From NCBI GenBank assembly GCA_951406725.2, contig OX597829.1, forward strand, positions 41,168,001-41,232,000: a stretch of DNA of 64,000 nucleotides, read 5' to 3'. The position numbers were made by a program, and so were the translations under genes. The DNA comes from Octopus vulgaris (lineage: Eukaryota). Shown here one piece after another: positions 1 to 11,700 of this stretch. The notes under the pieces were generated by a model. It saw only the letters and a list, made by a program, of their open reading frames with translations. It was not told the DNA's origin and ran no database searches. Position 1 is the stretch's first letter; each line of letters begins with the position of its first letter.

Positions 1-165
1 TGTCGTTATATTCTGAGTTCAAATTTTGCCAAGGTCGACTTTGCCTTTCATTCTTTCGTGGTTGATAAATAAAGTACCAGTTTCACACTGAGGTTGATGT
101 AATCGACTTAATCTGTCCTTGTTCGTCCCCTCTATGTTTAGCCCCTTGTGGGCAATAAAGAAATA
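1..165 (+). mobile_element. SINE family B fragment
   Basis: ttctgagttcaaatt..gccaaggtcgactttgcctttcat... Same family recurs at 23324, 23841, 39765 (+) and 31690, 47520, 55140 (-). Confidence 0.8.
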
Positions 166-709
166 TATGTGTGTATGCACATTATCCTCATTGTTTAACA
201 TCCCTTTTTCCAAGCTGGCATGAGTTTGGCCAGTTTGACATCCAGAGACAAGCCAGAGGAGTGTGCCATGTTCCTCTACTTGCTTTGGCATGATTTCTAG
301 AGCTGGATGCTGTTCTTAATACCAACCACTTCAGAGAGTGCACTGGGTGCATTTTCTCATGTCGCTAGCACTGGTGAGGTCCCTAAGCACATGTATGACA
401 AGACCTCCTTCAACTGTGTATGTGTGTTTGTTTACATTTGAATTTCTTTGAAAATTGTGAGCTAAAAGCAGTGGTGTTTGTAGCATAATTCTTTAGTCAA
501 CAGATCATCTACTGGCGTTGTGCCTTTGAAAAGCAGGTTAGCAACAGGAAGGGCATATGGCTGTAAAATAATGCCTTGCTAATACATTCATCTAACATAT
601 GCTAGCATGGCAAAATGGAAGTAAAAAGTGAATTAATACACACAACTCACCACATCGGGATAATCAAAATTTTCTTCTTCCCTTTTCTTACTAAACACAC
701 ACACACATA

Positions 710-1795
710 CAGGGGTTGGACAAAATAATGGAAAAACCTAGCTTCATAGCATCATATTTTTGAAATATCTATAAAACCCTTAAAAGCTTGTTTATTTTTA
801 TGTTTTATTTTATTTATTATTAGTGTTGCTTAATATATTTTGCTTAAATTGCTGTTTCTTTTCAGATTTCATCAGAAAAAGATAATTAAAATTCATTAAA
901 ATGACAGATCTATTGGACTTTCAAAGAGGTCAAATTGTTGGTACTCGTATGGCAGGCGCCAGCATAACGAAAACAGCCTAAATGTTTGGTGTGTCAAGAA
1001 GTGCTGTTTCGAAAGTAATGACAGCTTTTGAGAAAGAGGGAAAAACCCCCTCATCAAAACATAACTCTGGAAGAAAACCAAAACTTTCAGATAGGGACCA
1101 TCGGACTCTTACGCAAATTCTTAGAAAAGATCACAAAAGTACAGCTCCCAAAATTACTGCAGAGCTTATTGACCCCATCGAGGACCCAGTTTCCACAAAA
1201 ACTGTTCACTAGGAGCTGCACAAAGCCAGACTTCATGGGAGGGCTACACTCAGAAAACCATTACTTTCAAAAGCAAACATTGCAAAGTGTTTAGAATGGA
1301 ATAAAAACCTACAGAATTGGTCCCTAGAGTAGTGGAAGGATGTTATTTTCTCAAACAAGTCATCCTTAACCTTATTTCTGACCACCAGCTGAGTATATAT
1401 GTGGAGACAACCAAAAGAAGCATTTAACCCAGACTCCCTTCTTCTAACTGTTTAACATGGAGGACGATCTGTGATAATCTGGGGAGCTATATCATGGAAA
1501 TCTGCCGGCCCAGTGGTTTTCCTTCATGGCAGAATTAATAGTCAAGACTAAGCATTTTATCTTATCAAATTTATCCTATGGTTGTGGAACTGTTTCCAGA
1601 GGGAAACGCAATCTTTCAGGATGATAATGCACCAATTCACACAGCTAAAAGTTGTTACTGAATGGCGCGAGGAACAGTCTAGTGAAGTCGGACATCTTAT
1701 CTGGCCACCACAATCCCCAGATCTCAATACTATTGAACATTTATGGTGCATTTTAGAAAAACAAGTAAGGAGTTGATATCCTCCACCATCATTAC
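710..1795 (+). mobile_element. Tc1/mariner (Tc1-like) transposon, degenerate, 3'-truncated
   Basis: TA|CAGGGGTTGGACAAAATAATGG TIR-like start; frameshifted transposase pieces with HTH (FGVSRSAVSK), GRKPKLSDRD and WPPQSPDLNTIEHLW. Confidence 0.9.
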
Positions 1796-1899
1796 CTGAT
1801 ATTGTCTTTGTCCTTTGATGCTGCTGACCAGTTGAACACATCCATGTAAAATATGTTACTCTGTAGATGTGGACACTGTGCCTTTATCAAGACCTTCAC
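1796..1899 (-). CDS. ANKRD27: ANKRD27-like exon 15 ([34 protein letters not shown])
   Basis: Acceptor cttatttgacag, donor GTAATG, 104 nt; VPS9 'L.S.I.YI..F' helix. Confidence 0.9.
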
Positions 1900-2144
1900 C
1901 TGTCAAATAAGAAATAAAAAAAAAAATGAAAACGTAACAGTGGTTTGATCCCAGAGCATGGTATTGATAAGCCACAATAATGGCAAAATATCAGTACCTA
2001 GCGCTCTCAGATTCAAAAGTTGTCTTGCCTGGTCTATGACATTCGGGTGTTCTTTAACACTCAGTGTTGTGTAGGGAGCTATCCCAGATGATATCCTGCA
2101 GCAAATTCAGTACATAAACAAAACACATATACTGTGCATGTGTA

Positions 2145-2176
<32 letters not shown>

Positions 2177-2330
2177 GGAGTGGCTGTGTGGTAAGTAGCT
2201 TGCTTACCAACCACATGGTTCTGGGTTCAGTCCCACTACGTGGCACCTTGGGCAAGTGTCTTCTATAGCCTCAGGTCGACCAAAGCCTTAGGAGTGGATT
2301 TGGTAAACAGAAACTGAAAGAAGCCCATTG

Positions 2331-2363
<33 letters not shown>

Positions 2364-5300
2364 ATGTATGTATATGTTTGTGTTTCTGTGTTTGTGCCCC
2401 CCCCCCCCATCATCACTTCGCAACCGATGCTGGTGTGTTTACGCCTCTGTCACTTAGCAGTTCAGCAAGAGAGACCGATAGAATAAGTACTAGGCTTACA
2501 AAGAATAAGTCCTGGGCGCAGTCAAATGAATGAAACAAATAAATGAATATATATATATATATATACTTGGAAATGGATGTGTGGTGTTTGATCATATAAT
2601 AATATAAATAATATCTAGGTAAAAATTAATACTTCCTTCTCCAAGCTTAGATTCGAAACCGAATCTAAGGATTCTTGCTCGCCCAAACCACTACGATCAA
2701 CAGGTGCAAAAAAAGGTTTTCTTAGTCCTGTCAAGAAATGATAAATCATCTCCCTTAGACCTACGACCTCAGCCATGTCAGGCAAAGTTCAAATGGACAG
2801 GAGCTGACCTATTTAGGCACAATCTCTTCTGCAGTATGTGTGTCCCTCTAGCTGCCACAGTGGTTAATAAATACTGTGGTCAGCGGAGGGACAAACAAGA
2901 AAGGCCTAGGACGCAGACAGAAGGTTTTGACAGACTACTTTCTCAGATGAACGACACACACACACACACAAGCATATTCAGTTCTGACATATCACCTCTA
3001 CAGATGTGCTCTGTTTCTATTACTAGCAACTCGTAGCAGTTGTCAACAATTACATGTAGTGAAGAATATTGTATACTAAATGCAAATGCAAGTACAGTAA
3101 ATAAATTATTTTAATTATGAGTCGATGTCATTTATTTGTTTACTTCAAAGGCATCCACATGCCTATCGCGTTTGTTCACTTTAACACATACTGATACACA
3201 TTTAACCACTACACACATACACACACACACACACATAAAAATAATAATAATAATATTAGTGAGTATAACTCCAAACTTACAGGGAAAAATTCAATTTAGT
3301 ATTAAATCAAATTTCATAATATAGATATATAAAATATAAATTAGAGATAAAACCACTATTATGCAATTCAATGATACACCTTTTGATAGATAAGTAAACT
3401 TTTTTATTTAAGAAATATTATTGTACTCTATATAATTATTGATTGTTAAATATGATTTTGTAATTTTAATTTGTTAATGATAATTTAGATATGTACATCT
3501 ATTTAATTATTATTAGTTTATAATTATTATATCTGAACGTAAATTTTAAGATATTAGTTAGTTACTTTGCAATCTAGATCGTAAAAGTGTTTTAAATTTA
3601 ACTAGAAGTTTCTTATTATATTTCTCATCATTATATATTTTTAGTACTATCAAATTTAATAATAATAGTAATAATAAGTATTTTATAAAGATAGGTTATA
3701 CATTTTTAATCAGGAATTTTTCAATTCTTAATTTGTATTTCATAAATATTTTCTAAAGATATCTATAATATTTACGTAATATTAATGGAATAATTTATTT
3801 ATTGGTATATGTTTATTGATAGAAAAAATATAGATTTTTAATTACTATATTTGTTGATTATAATTTAGATACTTATTTTTATGCATTTATTATTTTATAA
3901 TTATCATATGCAAACTAAAATCTAAAAATATTAATAGTGATTTTGTTAAATAGTTTGGTAATTAAATATCAGAGTATAACTAGGTTAAAGATATTCTATA
4001 GTTTCTCAATGTTTCTTAAGCTAAATTATATCTTCACAGATGAATACATTTTTCTATCTATTTACTTTATTTTTTTACCTTAAATATTTAACATAATAAA
4101 TGTATTGTAGGAAACTGATATTAATGTTTTTAAGTTTCAAATTTAGTTAATGGTGTTTCTTCTATAAGAAAAAACATTATTTTATTTATTTTGTTAACCA
4201 GAAAATTTACTATAATTTTAAATTGAATTCATTTCAATTAAATTTAAATTTAATTGTAATTTGAATTTAATTATAGCCATGAAATGTATGTAGTTTTTTA
4301 CTTATTATATATTGATTATTCATTTTTATACTTTTTGTGATCTAGTTATATGTTTTATAAAAATATATTTTATTTGTTATTTATGTTTTGGTTTGTGTCT
4401 ATCATTGTTTGAATTGCATAATAGTGGTTTTCTCTCTAATTTATATTTTATATATATATATAAGAACAAAACAGAAAAAGCAAACGGTGAGGGCTGTTAA
4501 GTCAACGAGGTGAAGTGGTGAACGCTGGAGAAAGGAGCTATGACAACAGACAGGCAAAAGTAGGTCTTATCTCTTGTAAAGCGAGAGGGGGGAAAAAGAA
4601 CAATAGCTGTTGGTCATGTGTGAGCAACAAGAGAGTCAAGGAGGAAGAGTGAGAGAGAGAAAGAGAAAAGTGAAGGAGGAGGAGAAGAAAAACAGAAAGA
4701 AAGAAGAAAGGGAGAATAGAGAGTGTAGAGTGCACATCACACATTAGAACCAACAAACCGAACAAAAAATAAGAGAAGCCCAACATCTTATGGTACAATC
4801 CTGTCTGTGGATCCGATATATCATCAAGGATTGTGAAGGAGTTTTTTTCACCACATTGGATAATGTAATTCTATAACTACAATAATCCCATAGATATTGG
4901 TATATCTTTTAACAAAACATTGAGTATAGTTTTTTTTTCCATTTTCACACACACACACATATATGTATGTGTGTGTGTTTTATTCCGTCCTTGTTTTTGT
5001 ATACATTCGCTGCTTTTTCCCAAGGAATCTAATGCTCTTAGCTTAGTTTTTCCTTGGGGCTGGCCAGATTGGAGCAATCTTGAGTATAATCAGCCAAAAT
5101 TGTGATGATAATCTGGTACTTGACTGAAGAAAGAAAACTTGGAATGACCCGTCCTTGTTTTCTTTGTATTGTCTATCTGGATGTTTTGTTGTCCCATTTT
5201 TGTATTACCTAACTGTCTGGATGTTTTGCATTCTTGTCCCATTTTCTATTTCATATATATATATACATATGGCAAGCTTCTTTCAGTTTTTATCTTCCAA

Positions 5301-8300
5301 ATCCAATCACAAGGCTTTGGTCAACTTGGAGCTATAGTAAAAGACAGTTGCTCCATGTGTCACACAATGGAACTGAACCCAAAACCACAGGAACAAAATA
5401 AAATACAAGAAAGAGGATATATATATTAAGCTTCTTAGTTATCCATTGTAAGGAAGAAGTGACGATCTCTGTCCATTCCTCCTAAAAATGGAGGATTAAA
5501 AACTATATTCTGAGACTTCTTTACATTATTTTTTTTTTCCTTTTCCCTATTCCTGAAGCCTTTTTTGCTTTTGTCACAAATCTTCTTTCCAGAAATTAAT
5601 TTTGAAAAGGCTTTGCTAATTTCAAATGCATATAATCAAAATTCATCTACTATTTCAGCAATAAATCCACTTATAGGAATTCAACACACTAGAAAGAACA
5701 GCTAGGTTCTATAAACACAAAAATCATTTTTCAATTTGTTCCTGTCGAATTTTATCCCTAATTTTTGTGGTTATAGAACCTAGCTGTTCTTTCTAGCATG
5801 TTGAATTCCTATAAGTGGATTCCTTATGTGTTTAAATATACACTATATCGTATGACTAATATATAGTCTTTTTGACTAAATTTTTTACACGTTAGACCAC
5901 TGGAAATGTAAATTTTAATTAATTTCCATTTCCCTTTGATATGATTTCAGCAATAAAGATAGTTAAAAATTTAAATCAAGCAAGACTTTCATAATTCAAA
6001 ACTATATATTCTGGAAACACAAGTGAGCCTCTGTGTGATTATTTGTTCTGCTAGAAATAGGAGGCAAATCTCCCTTGAGTCACACCATACAATTTTAAAG
6101 AAGGAAGGACACATTTGATGGTAGCCAGTACATTATGTAACCAAAACAGAATTGAAAGCCTGGAGTTAAACAACCAAAACAATTAGATTTGTGTGGATTT
6201 GACACAAACTACTAATTCTAATTAAAATTTAGAAAAAAATCTTTCTGTCCTTCTTGTGTGGTTATATAACAACCAGTACAATATATTCCAAACAAATGCA
6301 GTTGTTTGTCTTGTTTGAAATAACAGCCAAATCTACCTCAAACTTCACCCTACTTTGTTACAAGAAAAATGACAGGAAGGACATGGTTTGAATGCTTTTA
6401 ATTATAAGTTGATCTGTTTGATCAAGATTGACTAGGGATTAAACAATGGCAACCACACAAATAAATTTGTAGTTGTTGAACAACTATGGACTTATTCTTT
6501 TCAATCTCCAGTCAGAAAATAACGGATCTTTTCAGTTTGAACGACAGTTTTTAACATAATTTCCAGGTAACTAAACACTTTTAAACTTCGTATACTGGTA
6601 GAATGTGTTTATAAAACATCTTTTTCTCTTGGCTTTATTGAGAAAATTCTATAGTTTGTAAGATATTTGTTGGTTTTTTTTTCTTCAATTTCTGCAATTT
6701 CAACCAATCGATTACGTCCATTGAGGTGAAAACATTCTGTGCCGTATGAATATGTCCCTCGTTTAAGAAACAGATTGGGTTTATTTACATTTGTGAAGAA
6801 AAAAAGATACCCTTCCCCCCACCCCTAACCCTAACACAGATTGAAATGCAATTGATCGATACTAGGGTCATAATTATGGGTGACAATTTCATATGACACC
6901 GCTAGAAAAAACTGCCGTTCAAACCGAAAAGATCCAAAATAACTTATATACTAGAAGACTCTTGCAAGAAAACTTACCAATAAAGGAATAAGGTCATCTG
7001 AGGTAATACAGATGGATGCTGAAAGTAGAGAAAAAAAGAGAAGGAACTAAGAGAAAAGAAACAGATTAAATTTTAAAAATATGCTTTCTTCATAACAGAA
7101 CACAAAAAGTCATAACAAACATATACCAAGATATTTTGTGGCATCAGTTCTAGAGATGTGAAGAGAAGATATATGTGTGCATGAGCACCTGCCGGTCTTT
7201 TTCTAAAAATCTCATCCAGGCCTACACACACACACACACATTGTTGTCTTAATGCATGCACAAGCTGGGAAGTTGCTCAGGGAGGTGGGGAGAGGTGGGA
7301 GCTGAACTGTATAGGGCTCACTTCTGGTTTATGTATGTAAATGACTTAATGTTAAATACTTTAGGGTTTGGTGTACTAATTTTCCTGGGATCCTATAATG
7401 CTGTCAAGATGGCCATGCACATACAGGTGCAGAGGCATGGTCAACATTGACCAAGAGAAGCCCTAATATAACAATAAATAATTTGGCAGTAAGCTAATAA
7501 TAATAGTTGCCTGAATTATGTTTTGGAGGTGTCACTGTATGTTTTGAGAGGTTATGGATCTGCTATTGGAAGGTTCCTTTTCAAGGTGCAAGACTGGATC
7601 TCTCTTGGAACAAATATATTCAATCCATAGCCATGTCAGCTGCCAAGAAAGCTTAGAATCTCTATTCCATGCAAACTTTTTATACCCAAGAGTATCCTGT
7701 ACCTCAATAAGGCCACCATTTGACCATGCATTGAATACAGCTGTTATCTTTGCACTGGTGATTCCTTTGAGTATCTTAACTTGCTTGATCAAATTCAGAA
7801 TCAAATAGTTAACATATTGGCTCCTCTTTTATCTATTAGGTTGTAGTTTTTGGCTCATTGTCAAAATGTATCTTTGTTGCATCTTTTCTGTAAGTATTTC
7901 CATGGTCATTGCTCAAATTAATTTTTTAGGAATAATACCCTCTGTCAAAACCTTTTAAATACGTCATCTGGTTCTCTTCTCAGTTGCACCGTTTCTCTGT
8001 TGAGCTTCCAGTTAATCACAACTCCTTTTTATTCTAAAACCTGCTTTACTCAAACTGCTGCTCTCTGGAACTCACTACCTTTGTCTTGTTTTCTAGTGAT
8101 CAAACTGATCTATTATATCCAGTCCTTTAAACTTTCTGTTAACTGACACCCTTTCAATTTGTATGACTTGTCTTTCCCTTCTTTGTAGTTTTTTTGTGCC
8201 ATAGTGACCTCACATTTTGTTTGAGACAAAATTGTATAAAAATTGAAAAACATACAGGGCTCACATACCAACTGAACTAAGAAACAATAGCAACGACATC

Positions 8301-8488
8301 AATAAATAAAATATTATACTCACGATTAGCGCGTTTATGGAATAGTCTCGATTTCTCTGTATGTTGTGAGATTCCACTTGAGATGCTATCCTTTGAAATA
8401 CAAACATTTACAGATTTCATATTTACATTCAAGCAGAGTGAACTCAAATTTGCATATTACACATTTAACTCGCAAGCATTTATGCAAC

Positions 8489-8554
<66 letters not shown>

Positions 8555-8669
8555 GGGTAAAATTAATTAATTAATTAATAATTAATAATTCCACCAAGGT
8601 AGTGATTTGGTATGTAAAAGACCATTATCGGTAAATTTAAAACAATATTTATAATAATATATAATATAT

Positions 8670-8712
<43 letters not shown>

Positions 8713-11700
8713 GATAGATAGATATATATATTTGGAGAAAGATAGTTATGGTCAGTTAATAGAGTTACCCAGGGTTTCGCATTCATATAATACTTCTCAT
8801 CAGACCCTAATAACTGGTGGCCTATAACCTTTTGTTGAAGTGGAGGGAGAAAAGGTCTCATGGATAGTTTTATATATATACTAGCAGAATTGCCCGGCGT
8901 TGCTCGGGGCTGAATTGCTTGAAAGTACTGTTAATGATTGCACTGAATTATGATGAATATTCAGGCAAATATTGATATAAGTTTACGGTGGGAGATAAGG
9001 ACTTAACGATCAAACGTGTGCCATTGCATTGTTTTGGGGGAACCAAATTTCTGATGAGCATTATAGGGGCACCAACTTTAAGTTTGAGAAAGTGTGGTGG
9101 TAGTCCGGGGTGCTCAAAGGAATTGAGTACCTCTATTGGATAGTTGATGACGTCCTCTGGGTCAGGAGTTGTATCGATAGACTGATATACATAGACTTCC
9201 CCAGGAATGAGTTTTAGCATTTCATCATTAATATGGTGAACAGTTTTATTCGTCGGGGCCAGTATAGCCTTTTTGCCAATCCAATCCATATTCTGATAAT
9301 TAGCTTGTAGATCTGGGAACACTGCATCTCTGAGATCAGAAGGCGTCTTAACAATGGTACAAATGGAATCGATGGCAATATTACCATTTTCATCCCCTGG
9401 TATTTTGCCTTTGCCAAGTGCAAGGAGGGTGTGAGGAAATGCTGCTGATGTGATATTACGTCGCATATGAGCACGCATATTGGTGTGAAGTTTGAGAGTT
9501 ACTTCCCTTTATTAAAAAAAATATGCATTAAAATGGAAAAAAATGATGGTAAATTATTTGTAAAATCATACTCATCGTAGACGCGCGCTAATACCCAGAA
9601 GGGCTCGATATGAATCCTGACTATAAGATACCCGATTTTGGTTAAACTGCATCGCAAAATGTGGGAGTAGTTAGGAATCTAAATCGGAGTAGACAGACAC
9701 ACAACCTTTCTTTTATATATAAATATTTTCGTCCTAAAAAACTTTGTATGGATTGAATGGTTACCTCTATGGAAATATATACACGCACATTATACATACA
9801 TGTGTGTATAGATGAATATATAAATACATTTATATATCTATATACACTTTTGGGCGATCTTTGTGCTACTTAGAGATAACTTTAGATCTTATTTTCGTCC
9901 TAAAAAACTTTGTGCGGAGTGAATGGTTACGTCTATGGAAATATATACACACACATTATACATACATCTGTGTATAGATGAATATATAAATACATTTAAA
10001 TATCTATATACACTTTTGGGCGATCTTTCTGTTACTTGGATATAGGTCTTATATTCGTCCTAAAAAACTTTCCTGTCACACACTCACGCACACGCACACA
10101 CACGCACCCTCACACACATACACACGCACACACACACACACACACGTTAGCTTACAATTTTATTTATATATTTGCGTGTCTATGTGTGTAAAGAGGAAGT
10201 GGGAATGCAGAGTGAAAGAGTCACTCAGTACAAAAAGTGAATTACTTTCACTTTATTCGTTGCACACTGTGTGTGTGCGTGTACGTGTGGTGTAGGCCAC
10301 ACTAAGAAAAGCATTTGACTTATACACCACAATGTGAGTTTTCTCTAAATTTTGCTTAATTGAGGTTGAAATTTTAAAAACTGGACCTGGCACGACCTGA
10401 TGCATTCTACTCTTAAAAATGCTAGGTAAATTGTAATTGAAGAAATCCTATATTGTAGATTTCTATAAGATACAAAGGGAGGCAGATAAAATCTGCCTTT
10501 TATAATAAGAGATATATATATAGAGAGAGAGAGATATTACACACATACATTTATATGTGTGTATTCTAATATACAGGCGTGTATCTAAATCAAGAGAAAT
10601 TATATTTTTCAATATACATATATATATATATACAAGATAAGAAAATGGAGAAATACATCTAAATCCAATATCAATTACCAGATAATACTCAATCACATAC
10701 TTTATTAAACCACCACATAAGAGACTGTAGGGTTAAATATAAAAAGCAGAACAAATCAGTGTACATAAAGGAATGTACATAAAAAAGTGTACATAAAAGA
10801 GTAATGTTGTATAATAAGTAGAATATATATAAAAGAGAATATAAATATAAGTAAATATAAATATAAGTATAGATTACATCTTACAGCTGTTTCGGCCATG
10901 TCGATAAGTATGTCTCATTTTACCAATATTAACCCTTTATGGTTGGTCAATATATAGATATAAATGAGACATTTACAAAAATATCATAAGGCCTCTTCGG
11001 AGAATGATATTTTTGTAAATGTCTCATTTATATCTATATATTGACCAACCATAAAGGGCTAATATTGGTAAAATGAGACATACTTATCGACATGGCTGAA
11101 ACAGCTGTAAGATGTAATCTATACTTATATTTATATTTACTTATATTTATATTCCCTTTTATATATATTCTACTTATTATACAACATTACTCTTTTATGT
11201 ACACTTTTTTATGTACACTGATTTGTTCTGCTTTTTATATTTAACCCTACAGTCTCTTATGTGGTGGTTTAATAAAGTATGTGATTGAGTATTATCTGGT
11301 AATTGATATTTGATTTAGATGTATTTCTCCATTTTCTTATCTTGTATTAGTAATTTGTCGTAAATCATTTTACCTTTGCCCATATAATACAGTAAATGAA
11401 TTGATTGCATCGCAATCATTAACATTTAAGTATTAACTTTGTTGGGTACTTCACTAGCAGTATATTGGATATATGTTATCCCATAGAGGGTTGCATTTAC
11501 AACCCCTATCTCAATTTGTATATATATATATCATCATCATCACATATGTGTGTGTGTCTGTGTGTGTATGTGTGTGTGTGTGTTTATATTTATATATAAA
11601 TACTCACCATACAGGATTTCACTGATATTAATTTCTCCAATGGAGTTTTCAAACTATCCAGCATCTGAAGGATGTTACACTGTAAACAGAAAATATCATG

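Noticed and set aside
1998-2095. Exon-like minus-strand segment (cag...GTACTG) between exons 14 and 15
   Set aside because: 98 nt with a stop in the required phase; exons 14 and 15 join cleanly without it
3380-4400. Possible mitochondrial insertion (very AT-rich)
   Set aside because: No recognisable mitochondrial gene or tRNA; inverted arms suggest a decayed element
6822-6836. Telomere-like CCCTAA repeats
   Set aside because: Only 2-3 units, internal to a MITE in each copy; not a telomere or fusion site
7532-7808. Overlapping 84-90 aa ORFs on both strands
   Set aside because: No convincing domain or splice sites, and not needed for the gene model
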